DNA from: Lama glama
Taxonomy: Eukaryota
Reading direction: 5' to 3'
Assembly: GCA_028534125.1 (NCBI GenBank)
Contig: CM052816.1
Coordinates: forward strand, 77,068,001-77,131,742
DNA: 63,742 nucleotides
The notes under the pieces are model-generated. The model was not told the DNA's origin and ran no database searches. It saw nothing but the letters and a program-made list of their open reading frames with translations. Positions 23,653 through 37,633 of the stretch are shown piece by piece. Both the position numbers and the translations under genes were made by a program. The stretch's first letter is position 1; each line of letters starts with the position of its first letter.

Positions 23653-26079
23653 AGGTTCTGGTTTTCTGAAAAAGATACATTACAGAGAAGAACAATTTTA
23701 TTTAATTTTAGCTGTGAGCAGATTTCTGTGAACCAGTTGTGGAAGACAGAGGCATGAAAGGATCCCATTCTCCCGTCCTCCCTACATCCATGTCCCCTGT
23801 CATGTGAATTTGGAGTCCCCCGGCCCCCCACCATAAGAGTCTATTTCCCTGCCCCATCTGACTTGCTTTTGGCCCATAAAGGAGGCAGAAGTGATGGGGT
23901 TCCAGCTTGGAGCCTGGGCCTCAAGACACCTTATGCATTTCTCTTCACTCTTTTGTGTTCCCAACTTTGACATGAGAAGAACATTTCTAGGCTATTTTCC
24001 TGGACCCAGGAGCAGAGTGAGCAACACAGGAGGCAGAACTGAGTCACGGGAGCTGCTCCAGCCCGGGGCCAGCCTCCAGCAGCCAGCAGCCGGCCACACC
24101 CAGCCTAGAGCAGATGTGCCACTGAGGCTGTGCGGCAATAGATAAAGGATCCACTGACTTCCTCAGACCAAGCAAAGGTGGGTAAAGAAAGAGAAAATAG
24201 ACAAACACAAGGTAAATATTTTTAAAAATGGCCATAGTCTCAGAAGAGCCAAATTTGAACTAATTCTTTGTGAGGGAGTCATCTCCATTTTTCCCTCATT
24301 AAAATTTCACCTGAGAAAAATGAGCACATTCATTCAGGAGACAGTTTCATTGTTCAAAATAATTTCCGGGTTTCCTGGCCTTGGAAGAGGGTTGTAGACT
24401 ACAGGCCAAAGCACTTCACTGAATCATCAGGTCCTTTGACCATGGGACAATCCGAGGGCACAAAGAATGAGCCTGGATGACCTCAAGAAGGCTAATATGT
24501 TCTCAGCTTAGCAACAAACGTGTTAGTCAGGGGAAGCGCTGAATTTCACTTTTCTAGTTCAACCTCTGAATCATCATGGAGAGAAGCAACAAAAAATTCA
24601 AAGTCAACTTTTGCCTCTGTCTGGTCACCTGGGCTTCATCAAAAGCTAGAAATTCAGTGAACCAGGTCACCCACTGTCACTGCTCACCCCCTCCATTTTC
24701 TTTAAACAGCGTTTTACAAGACATGGGGACAACAGTGAAGACAGGAAGAGGGTAAACCAAGCCATTCAATGATGGTGGTCAAACCTGCTTACATACGAGC
24801 CAAAGTCTGCAAACAACAGCTTTTATTCCTGTTCCTTTAAGCACTGCTGTCTGCTACTTCTGTTTTTGGCGACAGGTCATTCATACTGCGCTAAAATCTC
24901 TCCTGCCAACTTCAGACACGTTCCTGTTACAACTGAATATCAAAGCCAGGAGGGCAAACTGGTCCAAGAGAAAACGGTTTCTGCTCAGAACCAAAGGGAG
25001 GGCAAAGGCAAATCCAAAGTGAGACGTCTGACATTCACCGTGCATTTAGACATCCATCCCATCCTCCTGAAATTTATGTCACCCGAGGAAAACAAAGAGC
25101 CACCACTGTGAGGAGAGCTCGTCCCCTCGATTCAGAAGCAGGTGATTCAGTAGGTGAGATGCACGTTGCCTCGTGTTCTCTGCCTGAAAGACTATTTAAG
25201 ATGTTTCTAAAACTGTGGCATTCTAGTAAATCAAATATTTAATGTGTTGCGAAAATTAAACAAGTCATGGGGCAGAGAAACTTAAAACTAGAAGTTAGAG
25301 GCCACCTACCACTTGAGGGTAGCCAGAAACTACAGAATACAAGTTGTGGTAGAATGAAATTGAAAGATGTGAGTGTTTACGAGGGGTGAATTTCTAGGGT
25401 CAGTGTATCTCAGGACAGTCTTTGAGCATCACCGAAACAGTCTTGTCTAGAAGCCGGCCCCTCCCCACCGTCTCACCCCGGCAGGTTGTGAGGCTGAGGA
25501 CCTTCGCTCCAGCAGCCACTCACATTTCCTGGTTTTCCTTTGATCAGTTCTGAGGGGCACAGTTTTACACATGCTGGATGGGTGGCAGCTGGAACACAGT
25601 GGTCACTGCCTGCACAGAGCAAAGTGACTGTGTCTGGTGTTGTGACCAGGCAGCCGCCCTCCTGATGTTTCAGGCCTCAGACACTTCAGGACTTTTTGCA
25701 GAAGCCCTGCGAGTCCTAGCTGCTGTCTGAGAACCTTCTGTAAAACCAATAAAGTTCATCAAAACCTGCAGAATGAGAGTCAGCAGAGGGATGAACATCC
25801 CAGAGAGTCCCATGGAGCCCTCTTTGGGAAATGCTGCAGGAACAGTTTCCTGGTGGCACAGAGCCTGATGCCGTGGGGAAAACACAGACACCAAGGGCTC
25901 AAAGCCACCTGCTTCCAAGCCCCAGGTGACTGCTCACAGCCCTTGTGGCCCCTCCCACATCGCTTCCATCAGTCCTCCTCGAGTTATCCTACTCGGAGTG
26001 CGGCAGCTGTCTCCCAGGAACAGAGGTGAGGGAGTGGACTGTGCAAAGATCCTGGGGTGGCAGAGCACTGGGCACAGTC

Positions 26080-26790
26080 AAGGAAAAACATGGAGACAGG
26101 TGTTGGCGTAAGCCAGGAGGTGAGTGATGGGAGATGAACCAGAGGGCACACAGGGAGGGAGAACAGACAGGGAAAACACTTCAGAAACTTTGGCTTCTAC
26201 TGAGTGAGATGGGAGCTACTGGGGAGTTCTAAGCAAAGCAGTAACATAGTCTGACTTATACTGACAGGAAGGACCCTCTAATGAGAAGAGCCTGAAGGTG
26301 GCAAGAGTGGCAGGAGGGACAGCAGGGGGAGGTCACGGCAATAGTGCAGGGGAGGCTTAGACCAGGGTGATGGCAGGGCAGTGGGAATGGTGGTGAAATT
26401 CGAGTGAGATTTTAGAGACAGAGCTGGCAGGATGTGCAGGGTGGTGACAGAGTGAGACATCATAGGTGGATCCAAGAATTTTGGCCTGAGCCCCTGGAAA
26501 AAATGGAATCACCATTAACAGAGAAGCAGAAAAGTGATTTAGTGGGCTCTGTCAAGACCCAATTTACGACATGTTATATTTCAGATGCTTACTTGCTGTC
26601 CCAGCAGAGATGTCAAGTAGCTCGCTGGATACACAGTGTGGAGTTCGTGGGAGGGGTCCTGGCCGGGGTGCACACCCCAGCTTCCTCAGTGCACAGGTGT
26701 AGTACTTAGAGCAACAGGACTGGATGATCTCCAAGAGCACAGACAGAGAAGAGAGAGAGGTCCAAGCATGAAACTCTGGGGTGCTCCACA
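26080..26790 (-). mobile_element. LINE-2 fragment
   Basis: ttggcttctactgagtgagatgggagc...ggtggatccaagaattttggcctgagc...ggatgatctccaag, characteristic antisense L2. Confidence 0.75.
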
Positions 26791-28454
26791 CCCTCCTCTA
26801 CATCCCATCATGCAGATTGAAACTGGCCCAGGATTAGACCAGGCCTTCCTACGTCACCCGAAGGGTAAGGGCTGGTGAGTCCCCAGCATTAGCCGGCCAC
26901 GTGGCACGCTCTCCCCAGACGTGCTCAGGGAGCACCAAGCAGTGGCTGTTTTCTCCTCCAAACTCTGCTTCTGGCCTGGAAGAAGCCACTCAGCCTCCTC
27001 CTTCATTCAACAAGCTTTCTCTCTCCACAACTTTGAGTGAGGAGCATTGCCACGTCCAACTTCCAGTAGGAAAAGGGAGTCAGGGAGATCTGAAGCAGCA
27101 GAATTCAGAAAGGAAAAGATGGGTCTCCTGTCTCATCTGCACCACTTGGTCCTTTCTCAAACCTGTCCACTTCTATTTTTCAGGTCTTCTCCATCATTGT
27201 CCACCATACTGTGAGCTGCTTGAGGACAGGCCTGGATCTTACTCCCCACCATCTGCCACAGTCCCAGAACATGTTGCTACCCAGTCAATATCTAACAAAT
27301 GAATCAACACTTGTACTGATTTTCTTACATTCTTTCTTCTTTGCTTTCAATTTTATTTTAATTCAAATAGATTCCTTTTCAGGACCTTCAACTTTTTCTG
27401 TGGCCAAATATTGCCTAAGTCAGAGTCTTCCATTGATATTCCTTCTTTGGGGAGAAAAAGAGAGGAAGGAAAAGAAAAATCACTCATTCATTTTGTAGAA
27501 CTTCTCATTCAAACAGTGTCTCTTTGGAAAAAGAAGATGCCCTGGCACACCCCTCAGTGTGAATACTACATGTGTAATGAAAACCCAGCTTTTGAAAAGG
27601 ATGTAAGCCTGTCCTTTTTCACTGGCACTTCTTGTTCTGTCATTACTGAAATATTTATTCCTGGGAAGTTTCTCCACCATAAATAACCCCCATGAGAAGC
27701 AGCTAATCAGTCACTTGCTTCCCAAGAACTTGGGTGTGTTGCCAAACTCTTCAGAACTGGCTGGGCGCCCTGATGATGTCATGTGCTAATACTATTTTGC
27801 AGAAAGAAGCTGTTCAAACAGGACGTGTGCTCGGCTGTGTGCACCTTGTGAAAGAATTCTATGTGCAGACAAAAGTTGCATGTCACTTCCTGGAGGTTCC
27901 CCACATTTCTCAGGTTCGGTTCTTTTTGTTTCTTTTTGAAGAGCTCTGCCACTTGTCTTCGGGAGCCCCTTTGAAAGGGCCTCCACCGTTACAGCATAGG
28001 ATTGATCACCCACAAGGTTTCGCTGCTGTTCCACCACTACTTCCTCCTCAAGTATCTGTCACGGGGGTGGTGGTGGGGATGCCCCGGGTCCAAGCACTTC
28101 TTTCTTGTTCTCTAAGCCTACTCAGTTAAATATTCTACCAGTTTTGTAAGGTCAGTCCTGCTTATGAGACCAAACTGGCTCACACACAACTAATTTCCTT
28201 TTTTAAGCAATATTCAATTAAGGAGCCCTGGAATTTGTGACTTCCACTAGGATTAAAGCTGAGTCTCTAAGTGGTATGTGAAGTCAAAGAAGAAAATGGA
28301 AAACCTGGATCCAAAGACTATTCTGGGCTCAAAGAATACATGGGAATTCAGTAAATACTGTAAGATGATATTTCAAATCATTTGAGAAAAGATTCATTAT
28401 TCTCAAAAATGGTCCTGGAATAATGTACTAGCCCAGACAGGTGTGGGAAAAAGA

Positions 28455-28660
28455 TGCTGCAATGGTCAAGTACAGGGGCTCTGACATAAGACTACTTAGG
28501 GTCAAATCCCTACTCTGGCACTTAATAAGTTACCTAAACTACCCCGGCGTCGGTCTCCTTTTCTGTAAGCTGAGAATAAATCACCTGCTTCACAGGATTG
28601 CCATGAGGACCAAGTGAGATTATGAGAGCCTACTTAGAGTAAATCCAATTAATGTTAATT
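28455..28660 (+). mobile_element. MIR SINE
   Basis: ggtcaaatccctactctggcactta...aagttacctaaact...ttctgtaag core. Confidence 0.65.
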
Positions 28661-28749
28661 TGATCATTCTTGATATTGCTTCATTTCCGCCAACAAAATA
28701 AAGTCCAGGATGAATAAAGATACAAATGCAAGACCATTAAATTTACTGG

Positions 28750-30117
28750 AATAAACAAAGAACTCATACAACTCAACATCAAAACAGCAAACAACCCAAT
28801 TAAGAAATGGCAGAGGACCTGAATAAACATTGTTCCAAAGAAGACATACAGATGGCCAACAGGCACAGGAAAAGATGTTCAGCATCACTAGCCATCAAGG
28901 AAATGCAAAGACGACGACAAGGAGATATCCTCTCACACCGCCAGAGTGGCTATCATCAGGAAGAACACAAATAACAAATGCTGGCGAGGAGGTGGAGAAG
29001 AGGGAACCCTGCACACTGCTGGTGGGAACGTAAATTGGCTCAGCCACTGTGGAAAACAGTATGGAGGATTATCAACAACTGAAAACAGAACTACCGTATG
29101 AACCAGCAATTCTACCTCTGAGTGTTTACCAGGAGAAAATGAACACACTAACTTGAAAAGATATACACATTCCTATGTTCACTGCAGCACTATTTACAAG
29201 TCAAGATATAGGAGTGACCTAAGTGTCCATCAACAGATAAATGGATGTGGAATGGACTATTATTCAGCCATAAAAAGAATAAAATCTTGCCATTTGCAAC
29301 AGCATGGACAGACCCAGAAGTTATTACAGTAAGTGAAATAAGTCAGAGAGAAAGACAAATATTATATGATTTAACTTACATGTGGAATCTAAAAAATAAA
29401 ACAAATGAACAACTATAGCAGAAACAGAGTCACAGTTGCAGAGAACAAACAGGTGGCTGTCAGATGGGAGAGGCTGGGGTGGAGAGAAATGAGTGAGGGA
29501 GATTAAGAGGTATAATCTTTCAGTTACAAAATAAATGAGTCACAGGTATGAAATGTATAGTGTGGGGAAAAGAGTCAACAACTACAACAATTGTAATATC
29601 TTTGTATGCTGACTAGACTTATTATGGTGATCATTTTGCAATGTATAGAAATATCAGATCACTATGTTGTGTCCTATGGACTATCTATCATAGTGTTGTA
29701 GGTCAATTATACTTCAAAAACAAACAAACCAGTAGAAAAAGAGGTCAGATTTGCGGCTACCAGAGGCCAGGGGTGGGGGAGAGGTAGGGGGATCTGGATG
29801 AAGGTAGTCAAAAGGTGCAAACTTCCAGTTATAAGATAAATAAATGCTTGGGACATAATGAACAACATGATAAAGAGAGTTAACAGTGTTGTATCCTATT
29901 CATGAAAATTGTTCAGAGAGTAAATTCTAAGAGTTCTCATCACAAAGAAAATAATTTTTTCTATTTCTCTAATTTTGTATCTATATGAGTGATGGATATT
30001 CACTAAATATTGTGATAATCATTTTATGAAGGATGTAAGTCAAATCACTATGTTGTACACCCTAAACTTAGAGTGCTGTATGTCAATTATACCTCAATAA
30101 AAATGGAAGAAAAAATT
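28750..30117 (+). mobile_element. LINE-1 3' fragment (L1MA-like)
   Basis: Degenerate ORF2 end (aaagaactcatacaactcaac..., TLLVG), 3' UTR ending in caattatacctcaataaa and an A-rich tail. Confidence 0.9.
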
Positions 30118-30889
30118 GCTAGAATAAAACATAGGTGAATATTTGTGTAATCTGTCTGAGCATGAATATGAAACCAGAAGCAATAAAGACTGTTATACTG
30201 ATTAAATAAACATTAAAAAAGTGTTAGTGCTATAAGTCCAAAAGCCAACTGGGAACAATAGTTTCAAAACTTATGAAAAAGGGTTACAATCCCTAACACA
30301 TAAACAGCTTTTAGAAATCAACTTTAAAAAGACAAGCCAACTCTGTAGAAAAACTGGCAAATGACATGATTGTACAATTCACAAAAAAGAAGGAAACTTC
30401 AATAACCAGAAAGAGAAAAAAGAAAAACTGGACACTGTCACTAACAATTAAATATATGCAAGTTAAAACAGTAATTGTGTATGACTCTTAAAATGGTCTT
30501 AATACCTCGCATTGGTAAGAGTCTAAAAAAATAGGTATTGCTACTCATTAATGGTCAAAAAGCACAGCCTTTAAAAAGGTAAATCTGGCAATATCTATTA
30601 AAATTTTTAGTATGTTACCTTTGATACTATTTCTGTAATTTTGTCCTCAGTTCATGGTAATGTTTTTATTGAGGATAAAACAAAAACAATCTAAACATCC
30701 ATCAAAAGAAAGTAGAAACTTTAATTATGGCACATTTCCATAAAGGAATACTATGAAGCTGTTAAAAGGATGAAATAGAATCATGTGCTGTTGTGGAAAA
30801 ATGTCTAAAAAATGTTGAATGAAAATGTAAGTTTCAGAAGAGTGTGTGCAGAAAACCACCTCTGGAGGAGAAGTGTGGCAACTGTATAG

Positions 30890-31300
30890 CTGTGCTACTC
30901 AGCATTCCCGTCCAGAGTCACAGCACAGCTGACTGACAGCCTGACCCACTGTCACCTTCCGACCCACTGCACATCCACGCCAGAGCCCACAGTCCCCCAA
31001 GGCTGCTTCCAGCCAATGATCAAGCCAAGTCTCCTACACCTGACATGGGGCTCCTCTCATAGCCAACCTTTGATCAAAGCCTCCCCGTCCCGGGCCAAAA
31101 CTTTCCCAGAGCTGCCCTGCAGCTGGAAGCTCTTCCTTCTTTCCCATCCCCTTTCACAGGGGTCCGACCTGCAGCAGGTTTGAAGGTGCTCTCTGCCTGT
31201 TCTTGCTCCCTTTTCCCTTTAACCCTCACAAGTGCTCTCCCCAAAGCTCTCTTGCACATCTATTTCTACCTTGCTTCCTTCTTCCTTCTATTTGAATGAT
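30890..31300 (+). mobile_element. ERVL-type solo LTR (LTR16-like)
   Basis: ttccagccaatgat...aaactttcccagagctgccctgcag...cctttcacaggggtccgacctgca pattern recalled for LTR16. Confidence 0.6.
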
Positions 31301-32955
31301 CCACACTGGCCCTAAAAGACATAACCAACTACAGTTATCAAAGCGTGGGTAGGGGAAGGAGGGTGAGCAGGATGAGGGAAGTTATGGATAACTCTGGCGA
31401 GAAGTTATGCCACGTAAAGCCTTCTTTAAAGCACGTATGTGTGCACGTGTGTTTTACATATATTGGGTTCAGTCTTGTAAAAGTAGCGGCGATTGCATTA
31501 TTTCTGCACTTAAGTCATATATTCCAACAGGGTTAAAGGAGTCAAAAGTGTTTTTGTGATTCAAATCTGCCCATAGTTGTCACATGGACCTGCAAAAAGG
31601 TTGGTATTGTTTAGGTACTGTAGCATGGTATTGTATTAGGTATTATTAAGTACCTCATGAGGGTGTTATGTGTTTCTCTATAAAAAGTGTGATCTCTCAA
31701 GTCCTGAGAAAATGCAGGCACTTTACTAATGCATTTTCAAACACAGAAAGTAACCAATGTCCTTTTGGACAGATGGGCACACTAGGCATTATGAAATTAA
31801 CTTGCTCAAAGTCCCCAATTAAGAAGACTGAGAGTAGAGAGATGTGACTAAGAGACAACGTGATGTGTGTGCAATTTACTCACAGGAGAGCGTAACTCCT
31901 GATGATTTACACCTTCTCAAGGGCTGGCACACACTGCGTTCTCACACAGTGGAACCTCATCCCATGCTTTCCAAGAGTTCTTTTTATCTTACGTTTTCCA
32001 AGTGTTCCTTATGTCTTAATGTTTTTCTCTTTGCTAAGACACTTGTAATCCTGGCTTTCCCATCAGTTGACTTACACTTCATATTCAGACTGAATATATT
32101 TTATGGGGCTGTCTTCATTATAAGTCAACAGCTTTAAATAATCCACATAGTTCATTGTCTCAGTGATTTCAGATCTAAGAATTTGTTATTATATTTGGTG
32201 CTCTCGCTAACCCTCTTTCCTTAGGAAAAAGAAGAAAAAGAAAGAAGGGAGGAAGGAAGAAAGAAAACAGCAAAACTATACTTTAGTTCTTTAGTATATA
32301 ATATTAAAAGAAAGCAATTTACAAGTTATGCCAGTTACATTTACCCCAACAGGAAATACTATCACTAGCAGCGTAATTTTAAATGCCAGTAAGAGACTAT
32401 ATATTCAAGTGTGGAATAAAAATCTGCATTTAAACAAGATCCCCAGGTCATGCACACACACACTGAAGTTTGAGAAGCTTCACTATATTCAATATTTATT
32501 ACATGTTCTTGTCTTCTAGGACACTACCGCTACATAAAGGAGAAGATTTACTGGGTGCTGTTCTAAATAGAAACACTGCAGAGCCCACAGTAGGACAGAA
32601 GAAAAAAATGAAAACCACTCCAGCTAGCATGTACTGGATGCTAATTCTCGGCAAGGTGCTTTGCAAAGTGATTTACATGCATTTATTAACTGAATCTTCA
32701 CAACAGTCCTCTAAAAGAGATTCGATTATTATTCTCATTCAAAGATTAAAAAAAAAATTAAGGCTAAGAAAGGCTATAATAAGTAACTTGTCCACATTGA
32801 CATCCAAAGCTTGAAACCAAGGGAGTCCCTCCCCAATCACATCACACTGCTTTCTCCACGGGTGGAGCTCATATTAGAATGGACATTAAGGCATAAATAA
32901 ATTACTGACAATTTTAAATCCAAGAAAATCCTAAGAAAAATTCCAACAGGATTTT

Positions 32956-33185
32956 TTTTCCCATTTCTCCCATCATTCTTTCTTTTTCTTAGTTGAAATT
33001 TACTGGAGTACTGTCAGTTTACAATGTTGTGTCAATTTCTGATGTACAGCATCATGTTTTAGTCATACACATTACATACATATATTCGTTTTCATTAGAG
33101 GTTACTATGAGATATTGAATGTAGTTCCCTGTGCTCTACAGAAGAACCCTGTTGTCTGTCTATTTTGCATACAGTAGTTAGTATC
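32956..33185 (-). mobile_element. Short 5'-truncated L1 3' end with TSD
   Basis: 13-bp TSD ccaacaggatttt (32943-32955 / 33186-33198); tttacaatgttgtgtca motif shared with the L1s at 57.2 and 63.1 kb. Confidence 0.82.
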
Positions 33186-33749
33186 CCAACAGGATTTTAT
33201 TAAACTTGACAAGATATTTGTAACGTTTATACAAAAAAGAAAACGTATGAGTACCATTTCAAAAAATGTTCTGGGGGTAAAAAGTACAAATATATACTAC
33301 TAGATGTAAGAGCACATCATCAAACTGCAGCATTTAACACAAGTGGTACTAGCAGAAGAAGAGATAAAATAGACCAACAAAACAGAACAGAGTCCTGAAA
33401 CAGACCCTTGTATAAATAGAAATTTATTTTACTGTAGAAACAAAATTTCAAATGAGTTGGAAAAAAGATGGATGATTAAATAAACGGTATTGGCTCAACT
33501 GCTTAAAACTTTAGAAAAAAGTTACATTCTACTTTTACTTTATATAAAAATCTGATACTTTAAAGAGCTAAATGTAAAAAGCAAAATAATGAAAGTATTA
33601 GAAGAAAATAAGATAATTTAAAAAATAATTTTTAGACGAAAAAGACCTTCTTAAGCTGGACAAAACACAGAAATCATGAGATTGCAAAGTTGATTACACA
33701 AACATTTAAAACTTCTGTGCCGCCAAAGATAGTTAAAACCAAAAGCATC

Positions 33750-34175
33750 ATAAATAGATAAGCAAAATGTGGTATATGCATACAATGGAATATTATTTAG
33801 CCTTTAAAAGGAAGGAAATTCTGACACATGTTCCAACATGGATAAACCTTGAGGACATTTTGCTAAGGGAAATAAGTCAGTCAGAATAAGACAAATACTA
33901 TATGATTCCTCCACTTGCATGAGGTGGCTGGAGTAGCGAAATGCATAGAGACAGAAAGCAGAACGGTGATACCAGGGGCTGGGCAGAAAGGGAATGGGGA
34001 GTTACTGTTTAATGGGTACAGAGTTTCAGTTTTGCAAGATGAAGGGTTCTGGAGATGGATGGTGGTGATGGTTGCACAGCAATATGAATGTACTTAATAA
34101 CACAGATCTATCTGTACACTTAAAATGATTAAAATGATAAAATTTTACATTATGTATTTTACCACAACAAAATAT
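33750..34175 (+). mobile_element. LINE-1 3' UTR fragment (L1MB-like), nested in older L1 sequence (about 33.2-35.1 kb)
   Basis: aaaatgtggtatatgcatacaatggaatattattt...cacttaaaatgattaaaatg motifs. Confidence 0.85.
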
Positions 34176-36089
34176 TTGGGAAAAAAGAGAATTACACTAG
34201 GAAAAAATATTTGCTTCAGCTATAACAGACAAAGGATGAAGATTCCGAATACCCAGAGCGTTTCTGCAATCAATAGAAATAAAGGAAAGCAACTCAATAG
34301 AAAAGTGAGCGCTGGACATGAACAGGTAAGTCACGGGAGACACACCTGACCCATAAACATTTAGAGATGTTCAACGGCAGTAGTGCAATCGGCACAGTGC
34401 AAATTAAAATGCCTTATTGGGCTTCATTCATGTACCAGATTTAAAAACTTAAATTAAAAAAAAAAGATAATAGCTGGTGTTAGGAAGGATGAGGGAAACT
34501 GATTCTCATGCACTGAGTTTAAATTAGTATCTGGGATGGGTCAGTGGTGCAAGCTAAAGGGTTTTTATCTATCATGATGAAGAATGGACAAACTTTTTGA
34601 CTCAAGAATATCTCTCCTAGGATTCTATTCCACAGAAATACTCAGGCTTAAGCACAAAAATGAAAGCACACTCTTTCCTGAAGTCTTGTTGCTAATGCTG
34701 AATGATTTTAAACAACCCAAATGCCCACCAATTAGGGAAAATATTTATCAACAGTTCTACTTTAAATAATAATAAATAAGAAAAAATATTTCTACTTTAG
34801 AATAACACATAGCCATTAACAAAAGAGGGACGTACAGATGTGGAAGATCTCTAAGACTTGGGAATGAAAACGTAAGCTGCATGATGATAGTAAGATCTCA
34901 CTTGCATACACTAAAACATAGTGTATATACATATTATGCCAATGGATAGAAAGAAAAAATATCTTGGAATGGTAGGTGCCCACCTGAACCTTTCTTCTTC
35001 TGAGTGGGAGTAGGTGGAACCAAGGTACTTCTACATTTCATTCCATACATATTCGCTTATTATTTGTATGATTCTTAAAACGTAAAATGAAAATACAGAC
35101 AACCTTGAGTAAATTAATGCTGAAAACCAACAGCAGGTCATGAAAGCAAGGACACAGCTGCTGGAAAAGAAGCACTCGCTTTATGCAGCTACCAGGAAGC
35201 CTGCTTGGAGTGAAAGGTATTTTCACAGTGTTCTATTTGTCTTACATTCCCCCATTTCACATTTTTTGTTTTTCAAATCAAAGTGCACTTCCTCCCCCAG
35301 GGAAAGGAGGGCCAGGGATCACTGTTCCTGTAAGTGAGCAAAATGACACTCACTAAGTTTTCCTTCTATCTGAGCCAACAATGCTCCAGCCCAGTTCCCG
35401 CAAGGAAAACACACTCCTTCCTCTTGTCAAATCGCATTACCACCCATCCCTCTTTCAAAACCATGACAGTCTTTCTGATGGGGTGCCTTTTTCAGGAAAA
35501 ACGGTTACCAGAAACAACAGAGCCTCTGGAACCTCTGTGCACCCCTGTAGGGGTTTCTGGTCTTTGGGGTTAAAGAAACCCAGTGTGTAAGTGTTCTCCG
35601 CAGTGTGGCTTCAGTCCCTTTTGGACACCTAAGACCAGCCCTTTTCTCTCAAGGTGGCCTTTGATACAGAAGGCTTAGACACATTTGCTGGGACCACAGG
35701 AGGCAGAACTGGAACCACAAGGAGGCAAGTTACAGCTGAGAGTGAGCTCTGTCCAGCAATGAAATGCCAGGTGGTGAGCTTCCTGCCATTGGAGGCATTC
35801 TAACAGTACTGAATGCTATCTGGGGAGATGCCAAATTAAGCATGCCCTGAAGATTCTGAGTAGGTAGCTGTGGTTGGAGTCTCGTGCTTTGAAACTCTCC
35901 AAGAATGGTTCTGAGACACAGAGAAGTTTGGGAACCTCTGGCCAGTATGACCCTTTGGGGCCCATCAGCCTCTAGTCTCTGAGTGCATTTTAAAGCATCC
36001 CAGGAGAGAGACAAATTAGGACAATAATGAAGCACAGGAATGGGGTGGGTGTCACTCCAAAAAGGGTCCTTGAGTTGGGGGCACAACAC

Positions 36090-36310
36090 AGATTATAAGC
36101 AGACTCCAAAACCAAATCCTGACTCTGTCCCATGCTAGCTGTGTGACCACAGACAAGTTACTTGACTTCTATGGGCCTCAGTTTTCTCACCGATACAAAG
36201 AGAATGACAAAACTACTACCTACCTAACTGGCGAAGCTTAAACAGCCCAGCATACGTACAGTACTTAGAACAGCGCCTGGTTCATAGTTAAGTATGAACC
36301 ATTATTATTC
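36090..36310 (+). mobile_element. MIR SINE
   Basis: ctagctgtgtgacc...caagttacttgacttctatgggcctcagttttctcac core. Confidence 0.75.
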
Positions 36311-37471
36311 TACAAAGGAGGAAATGGAGACTGAGGCCATAAATTAACTTGACCCTAACCCCAAAGTCAGTTTAAATTTGGGAATAAGACCCAAAGTATC
36401 CTTTCTTCTAGCTCAACTTAAATACACCACGTTCAATTCTATCCTATCCTCTGCCTATGATGACGCCTCTTGAGTTGGAGAATAAACTTGCTCAGAGTCT
36501 TGCCGGTTAGCTGGCGTCCTCGCTCAGTGGCACCTAGCGCTGTGCCTCCCACCACAGGGGCAGGCAGGCAGGCAGGATGGATGGATGTGTGGGTGAGTGG
36601 ATGAAGGACAGGCTGGGAAGGGCTCTCTGAGGGGCAAAACCCTGGGCTCCGTGATGCCAGCGCCACCTCGGCCAGCTCTACGGTCTCAGACAAGTTCTTG
36701 AACCCCTCCGTGCTTTTTGCCTAGGAGAGATTTGTCTATAAAAAGGTCGGGGGTGGGGCGGTTACAAATGCAAGGCTCCCACCGCTCAACCGGCCAACTC
36801 GGTGCCCCTTCCATTCGCGTGGAGTGTGTCCCAGACACCCCCGCATCCCGGGGATTTCCCGCTCTACCTGCGTGAGAGCGCCTCCCACTTCAGGTGTAAG
36901 GAGAGAGGGGGTGGAGGAGACCGCCGACTGCAAGAGGAGTGGCTCCGTCAGGTGAGTGGAGGGGACGTGGGAGGCGGTTGGGGACAGCAATGAACTCCCA
37001 TGGTGGAGTGCTGGGAGAGAGGCCAAAGTTGAGCAAATGGGAATTGTAACTCAACAAACATTCCCCGACTACCAGAGACAGAGGCGGCGGGGCGGCGAAC
37101 GGGAAAGCAGGGTAGGGGCCGCCGCGGTGGCCCCGGCAGCGTGCGCTCTGGAGAGAATTAGCATCCCTGCGTTACGCACCAGGTAGGCGGGCCTCGGGCG
37201 AGACCCCTCAAAGCGCCGTCTCCGGGCAGAGGGAACCCCCGAGCCAAAGACGCGGGGCTGAGGCGGCGCCGAGCAGAGGAGCAGGCGGCTGAGCTCCGGT
37301 CCGCGTCCAGCCCGGAAGGGCCGGCAAAGGTGTAGGGTTCTTCCCCGTGTCCCCGGGGTTCGCCGTCGGAAAAGCCAACGAGGGAGGCGGGGCGCGCGAG
37401 GCCCGAGCGCGGAGGCCGCGGCCGGCGGGGGCGCGGAGAGGCGCTGGGCGGGCGGGCGGCCAGGTACTCAC

Positions 37472-37580
37472 CCAGCGGGCAGAGGGCTCCGCGAGTCGGG
37501 CCGACTCTTCGGCGGCGCGGCAGCAGCGGGTGCGAGGCCGGCGCGGACGCGGGTGTGGACGTGCAGGGCCGGCCCCGCGC
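37472..37580 (-). other. OSMR: OSMR non-coding exon 1 (5' end approximate)
   Basis: Strong donor GCTGG|GTGAGT (plus-strand actcac 37466-37471) inside the CpG island, just downstream of the STAT/AP-1 cluster. The TSS cannot be fixed from sequence alone. Confidence 0.7.
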
Positions 37581-37624
37581 CCGGGCTATGAATCAGCTGC
37601 GGGGCGCGCGCCCAGGGGCGGGAG

Positions 37625-37633
37625 TTACGGGAA
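37625..37633 (-). promoter_or_regulatory. STAT (GAS) element TTCCCGTAA
   Basis: Plus-strand ttacgggaa, about 150 bp upstream of the exon 1 donor. Flanked by AP-1-like TGATTCA (37589-37595), a GC box (about 37615-37623) and C/EBP-like ATTGCAAAA (37664-37672). Confidence 0.75.

Larger units (their letters stand above)
958..37580 (-). other. OSMR: OSMR gene, 5' portion (exons 1-9); 3' exons lie beyond the left edge of the window
   Basis: Eight coding exons splice in frame via GT-AG sites into a type I cytokine receptor ectodomain: signal peptide, half cytokine-binding module with WSNWS, Ig-like domain, then a full cytokine-binding module. It closely matches OSMR as recalled. The TSS end of the span is approximate. 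Confidence 0.97.

Noticed and set aside
24044..24235. Hydrophobic-start ORF as a candidate OSMR signal-peptide exon
   Set aside because: The true signal exon is 23580-23652, with matching sequence, size and phase. This ORF has no homology and runs into an MLT-like repeat.
27320..28130. Possible processed pseudogene on the minus strand (AATAAA plus A-rich end near 27320-27360; ORFs 27480..27680 and 27792..28037)
   Set aside because: No recognisable protein similarity in the frames I translated and no TSD found. BLASTX/BLASTN would settle it.
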